DNA from: Saprolegnia diclina VS20
Taxonomy: Eukaryota
Direction: 5' to 3'
Length of the DNA: 64,000 nt
Assembly (NCBI RefSeq): GCF_000281045.1
Contig: NW_008246070.1
Coordinates: 1,038,193-1,102,192 of the forward strand
The notes below the pieces were generated by a model. That model had not been told where the DNA came from and made no database searches. It was given only the letters and a program-made list of their open reading frames with translations. Numbering within the stretch: position 1 is the stretch's first letter; every line of letters starts with the position of its first letter. A program made the position numbers and the translations under genes. Below, one piece after another: positions 59,068 through 64,000 of this stretch.

Positions 59068-59934
59068 ATGACGACTCGAATGACGACGGCGACGACGACG
59101 ACGCAGCTCTGCATGACCGAGCTGCCAAGCTTTGAGACGTTTGCGCGCGTCGTGGAGATCGAGCTCGACCGCGTCCGCGGCGAAGAGGAGCAGTTCTTGC
59201 GCTCCAGCACGGGCTTGAGCTCGACGATGAAGGACCTCGGGCACACGTATGGCCGCAAGTACTTTCGCTTTCTCCTCGGCGACGCTGTTGCCGCGCTCGG
59301 CGGCCTCCACCGCGACCAGGTCCTCGCCTTGGCCAAAGATGTTGTGCATCGCATGGTGAGCTCGCTCGACGACCATGCGCCGTACCGCCTGCGCCTCAGC
59401 TGCGCGTACATCCTCGATGAGTTCCACGCCGCGTTTCCGCAGTCGGTGCGCGGCTCGACGATCGTAGTCGGTGGCTCGATCGTGCTTCGTATCGTGTGCC
59501 CCGCCATCATCAAGCCCGAGCTCATCGGGTTGCCACCCCACGCCGCGACCGCGCTCCCCAACGCGATTCTGCTCGCCAAGCTTCTTCAGCATTCGATGCG
59601 CGGGACCGAGTTTGACATGGCCTCGGACGACCTGTACTTTGCAAAGGACTTTGTGGCAGAGACCAAAGAACTCTTCGCTGGGTACCTCGCAGCGTTCCCG
59701 TCGACCAAGAAGACGGGCCCCATCGACGTTGACTGCGACGACGAGCTGCTCGACACGATGGTGCTAACCGTCGACACGCGGCCAACCCGCCGGGCTTCCA
59801 CGCCCGCCCTCGAGTCGTCGCCGAGCCCCAAGCGCAAGTTTAGTTTCCGCAAGCTCTTCCGCAAAGAGTCATCGTCGTCGGCGCCGTCGCCGCGCAAGAG
59901 CCACGAGTGCCGGCACTGCGGCCGTGCGCTCTGA
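59068..59934 (+). CDS. Compact RasGAP-domain protein
   Basis: Arg-finger-like FLRSST, YGRKYF, VGGSIVLRIVCPAIIKP (FLR-motif variant) and LAKLLQ. Confidence 0.8.
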   Translation: MTTRMTTATTTTQLCMTELPSFETFARVVEIELDRVRGEEEQFLRSSTGLSSTMKDLGHTYGRKYFRFLLGDAVAALGGLHRDQVLALAKDVVHRMVSSLDDHAPYRLRLSCAYILDEFHAAFPQSVRGSTIVVGGSIVLRIVCPAIIKPELIGLPPHAATALPNAILLAKLLQHSMRGTEFDMASDDLYFAKDFVAETKELFAGYLAAFPSTKKTGPIDVDCDDELLDTMVLTVDTRPTRRASTPALESSPSPKRKFSFRKLFRKESSSSAPSPRKSHECRHCGRAL

Positions 59935-60414
59935 GGCAACCCGACCCCTAATTTAATCCGCCAAGAGACGTATTTATTCCTATCTGTTCTCAGAGTTGAA
60001 CGTTCCCCGAATGTGCGCACCTGGTTCCGACTAGGTGGACAAAGCAACTCGATACCGTCTTTCACTGCATCGCCCGCTCTGCACGGCTCATGATGCTACA
60101 CAATGCTGGGTGGCGTCACGCGGTTGTGCGCGCCTTGCCGCTCGATCTTTTGCCCGCTCCTCGTATAAGTACACTTGGTACAGCACCCGCGTTTGCATCA
60201 CACGCCACTTTGCACTCGACCCGTCGAAACAAATGGCTTTCAGATACGTTGATCTTACGCGTACGTTGTCAAGCGTAGGTGATGATGACGCACGCAGTGA
60301 GTACGTGGCGTTGTAGCCGCACGCACCGACCTCCGGAAGGATTTTCCTGCATGTCAAATAGCTTCGGAACCAACATGGATATCCCAGAGGTATCCTAAAT
60401 TTAGTTTGCGTACG

Positions 60415-61567
60415 ATGGACGACGCAAGCAGTGGCAACACCAAGCCTCGGTCGCCGGCGGTGCAGCGCCGGTCACGGGACAAGCCACTTAGCGTGCAGCT
60501 CTCTCCGCGCCATGGCGCCACCAGAGCAAGCAGCGTGACCAAGTCGTCGGCGGCGCCCGAAATCACGCAGGACGAGTACTTTCGGCTCCTACGCAAAACG
60601 GATGTGCTTGGGTACCTCCTTCGTGTCAATGACGACCTTGAGACCAAGGAGGCGCGTCTTGAAAGCGCCGAAATCGACAACGCCAAGCTCACGACCGTTC
60701 AAAAGTTTCTCGTCGTCGAGCACGAGGTGCGCTGTCGACGATGAGCACAAACTTGAATCGGTTCGTAGATGCTAAAGGCCAAGTGGCATGAGACGAAGCG
60801 GCTCTTCGCCGACCATCTCTGCGACCTAACGCATGCGTGCCTCGAGGAAGAGGCCTTGCAGACGGGCCACGCCGCCGTACGACACACGCCGCACCATCAC
60901 GAATGCCCTATGCAATCGTGGTCGTAGGCAGCGGCCAAGGCATTTTCAGCGGCTCAAAGCCGCGTCCGCTTTACCAACGACGTCCACCGCGCGGCCACGA
61001 GGCACGAACAACTTGTCGTCGTGATGATGGACATATTGTCATCCATTGGCGTAGCCTGCACGGCCACGACGACGAGAGCGCCACCGCGCTGGCCAAAGTC
61101 GGGAAGGACCGCCTCGCGCAAGTCGCGGCCATCTGCGTTGCCTACCGAAAGGAGCTCTCTCGCGTCGAGACGCTGGCGTTCGAGCAGGAAAGCAAAGGGT
61201 ATTTCCAGAGTCTTGTGTCGCATCGATTGATGCATGATATAGCGCCGCCGCGCACTCGACCGAACACCTCTACACCGAGTCGGTCGAGTCGGAGCTCGCG
61301 ACTGTGCAATGCGAAAAGGCAAGTGTCGATCGCTTCGCTCTGCTCCACTAATACAGGATGTTGCAGGCGCAATTGGCCGACCGCATGCACCTCGTCGCCA
61401 AGCAAAACGAAGCGCTCCAAGCTCAAGTCGCGTCGCTACATGAAGAGCTTGAGACGCACAAGCGGCAAGAACGTCTTTTGCGCGCCCAGTGGGGCGATCA
61501 AGAACGCAATGTTCTACAGGTCGACGTTTGCGACTTCGACTCAACGTCTCACTCGGTGTCGCGATAG
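60415..61567 (+). CDS. Coiled-coil hypothetical protein, multi-exon
   Basis: Coding-like exons (DEYFRLLRKTDVLGYLLRVNDDLE..., LQAQLADRMHLVAKQNEALQAQV...) separated by short GT..AG introns. Confidence 0.55.
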
Positions 61568-62248
61568 CTCTTGGCGACGGTCAAGAGCGACATCCGGAAA
61601 CGCTTTGGGTCTCCGAATCGAATCCGAATGCGTACAAACGATCTCTTGTAGGTTTGTTCCCCCCGCGCTTGAGCATTTTGCGTTCACGCCACAGCATGCA
61701 CCACCTTCGCTTGCGGCGATGAACCAGTAGAACGGCAAACTCGATTTTTAAATATAGACAATACATGCGTTTTGAGACTCTTGCAATAAGAAATGAGTCG
61801 GACGTTCGCGTACCCCCACTGCAACGTAAGCTGGTTGCTAAGGCAAAGACTCTATGCGTGTATTGTAGCCGCGACCCTCGTGCAGCCCTGTGGTCGTGCC
61901 GACGCATCGCCGTGCGCCACCACCTGCTCCGACCGTACGCTTGCACTGGTCTAGGATTTGGATGTCAACCTCAGCGACGTGGTAGAGTGATCAAGTCATG
62001 CACTGGAGTGTGCCTGGACGCGCCTGGGAGCTTATCGCATGTGACGTACGGCGACTCGCTACATGGAGTTTTGCCAGGATGGAATAGGAGAATGCAGCTG
62101 CGGCGCAGACCGACTGGCTGGCCAAGCTGCGCACACTGCACGACAGTGGCCTTGCGACACTGCGTCGCGCCGAGCGCCGCCGCCCGAGGCGTCGAGCAGA
62201 GTACGATAAGGCGTGAGTCTTGTTAAAATATACCGGTAGCTGTCGTGT

Positions 62249-62918
62249 TCAAACCGAGATGCGCGGGATGTCGTCGTTGTACTCGTCGTCGTCGTCGCTG
62301 TCGCGGCCGCGGCGGCGCATCTCTTGTTGTCGCAAAAAGATATCTCGCTCGAGTAGTGTCTGGTACTGCTGCCAGACCGCCGAAACGACTTCCAACGCGC
62401 TGTTGATGGTGGTCGTGGCTTTGCGCAGCTCCTTGCCGAGGGCCTCGTTGGCGCGCACGGTGTTTTCGTTGGCGGCAATCACAGCCTTGTTGGAGCGCAC
62501 GACTTCATCGTTCGAGCGCTTGAGCGCTTCGTTGGAGCGCACGAGGTCGGCCATGTCGATCGTATTGGACGCTTTGGCCTTCTTGTCTAGACGCATGGCA
62601 TGACCGCGCTATCCTCGCCACATTGCTCGTACCAGAGGCCTCCTTCTTGCTCTTCTTGGCGCCGACCTCAGTCTTGACAGGCTCGGCCTTGCGCTTGTAG
62701 TGCTGCAACGACTGCTCGAACGCGTAGTTTTGGGACGACTCTACAAAGTAGAAGTTCGTGGGGATGCTCTCCCGCTTCAGCGCGTCTTTGGGAAGGTCAA
62801 ACTTGCTTTGGCGCGGAGGAGAAGGCGCTTCGTCCTCGTCGTCGCTGAGCTCGTCGGCCACCGGCGGCGCCTCCCGCTTGATGTGGAACTTGGGGATCGT
62901 CGGCGCCGGCGTCGTCAT
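62249..62918 (-). CDS. Hypothetical protein with a VxxN heptad coiled coil (2 exons)
   Basis: Intron GTACGAGC...GTCTAG joins EAS|DKKAK; heptads VRSNEAL KRSNDEV VRSNKAV IAANENT VRANEAL. Confidence 0.65.
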
Positions 62919-63380
62919 ATCGATATTGGTCCGTGAATTTCGAGTGTTTGGTGCCAACGCGCCGGATACGTTTTATCCGGACGTTCTCTGCGCGGGAACG
63001 TGCCCCGGCACACGGGGTACGCGTAGTAGGCGCCAACCACTACTAGTAGAGTCGACACACGTCGTCGGTTGGCGTTTGTGGAAGCATACAAGAGGTATTG
63101 ATCGCCTGTGGGCTAGTGTCACGAGAAGGTTCCTACCAATACCACCGGTATTCTTGGCATTGTTTGCATGAGCGGACCGTGCCCCGGAGTACAACCCGTG
63201 AAACGGCCGTTGAAGTCAAATCACGTCATGAGATGCATGGCGCCATGGTGAAGATACGACCTCAACCTAAGCAGCTCTGCATTAAGGCTCGTAGTGCACA
63301 GCAGAAATAGCGTATTAGTTAACCTAGTTGTACATATTGCATACACAGTCTCATCTTCCGACTTCTTCGATACAAGACTC

Positions 63381-64000
63381 TTAGACCAGCGACATCATCA
63401 GGACGGCAACCAGGGACGCACCAAGAGCGACAAGTGATGCGCTGTTGACGACAGTGCCAGCGGTACCACCTGCGCCCGATGGATTTCGAGAGGCAATCGT
63501 CTTGCCCGAGGCGTCGGTCGGAAGCGGGGGTGCCACCGCCTTGGCGAGGGCCGGTGGCACGCTGTCGGCGGCCGTCGGCTTGACACAGTCGGGCGCAGGC
63601 GACGAACACACTTCGCATATCTGTGTCGTGAGCTTCCGGCGGCAGCCGTGAGTGGCCTTGGCGCACAGCGGGCTGTTCGTCCAACATGGCGGGTTGATCT
63701 TGGTGAGGTCGTCGGCGGACGGAAGCGGCTTCATGTTTGCGTACTCGCCCTTGCGCGCTTGAACGAGCGCGTTGTAGAGCGAAAGCATGCGCGCCGTGCG
63801 CTTGGCATTGGCGTTTTCATCCAGCGGGTTGTTCCAAAACGAGAGGTCGCTCGCCATCGTGGTGAAATCAAACTCGACTTTTCCATCCTTGCAAAACTCG
63901 ACGCGGTCCGCGTAGCGTCGCCCCGTCTTGCTATTCGTGAGCGACGTGATGCCGACGAGGTCGTCGAGGCGGATGTACCCAAGGATGTCAAAGGCATACG
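63381..64000 (-). CDS. C-terminal part of a Cys-rich oomycete-type secreted, probably GPI-anchored protein
   Basis: NPPCWTNSPLC...GCRRKL..QICEVC...DC, a Pro/Ala linker and a hydrophobic C-terminus; the ORF is open past the window end. Confidence 0.7.
   Translation of the reverse strand, partial: YAFDILGYIRLDDLVGITSLTNSKTGRRYADRVEFCKDGKVEFDFTTMASDLSFWNNPLDENANAKRTARMLSLYNALVQARKGEYANMKPLPSADDLTKINPPCWTNSPLCAKATHGCRRKLTTQICEVCSSPAPDCVKPTAADSVPPALAKAVAPPLPTDASGKTIASRNPSGAGGTAGTVVNSASLVALGASLVAVLMMSLV

Overview
Eukaryotic, gene-dense genomic DNA from a draft assembly with two N gaps. The organism is probably an oomycete of the Saprolegnia type. This is inferred from high GC, very short (about 40-60 nt) GT..AG introns, Inr/FPR-like TCATTYYNCAWTT core promoters and oomycete-style genes. 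I assembled gene models by hand across introns. Housekeeping or recognisable genes include: a P450, a TKL kinase, two inverted near-identical Zn alcohol dehydrogenases, RPL23A, a D-type cyclin, PDH E1-beta, an MFSD13A-like transporter, HSF, EPL1, a CAMK-like kinase, TMEM135-like, YjjX-like, U1A/U2B'', GDP-fucose synthase and RasGAP. Five things stand out. (1) A 5.4-kb multi-exon gene at 32543-37979 (-) splices into signal peptide + ectodomain + 7TM + INPP4-type inositol polyphosphate 4-phosphatase. (2) A 13-kb cluster (40.2-53.5 kb) holds seven intronless paralogous small proteins resembling a CSRNP N-terminal module, several with RVxF PP1-docking motifs. They fall into two subfamilies with shared upstream motifs. 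(3) That cluster converges on a KIX-like/F-box-like/LRR gene and a PH-domain gene. (4) An unusually long RPL23A intron contains a strong hairpin. (5) An intact seven-exon pseudokinase sits directly upstream of an active kinase. All family assignments come from motif recognition only; no searches were run.
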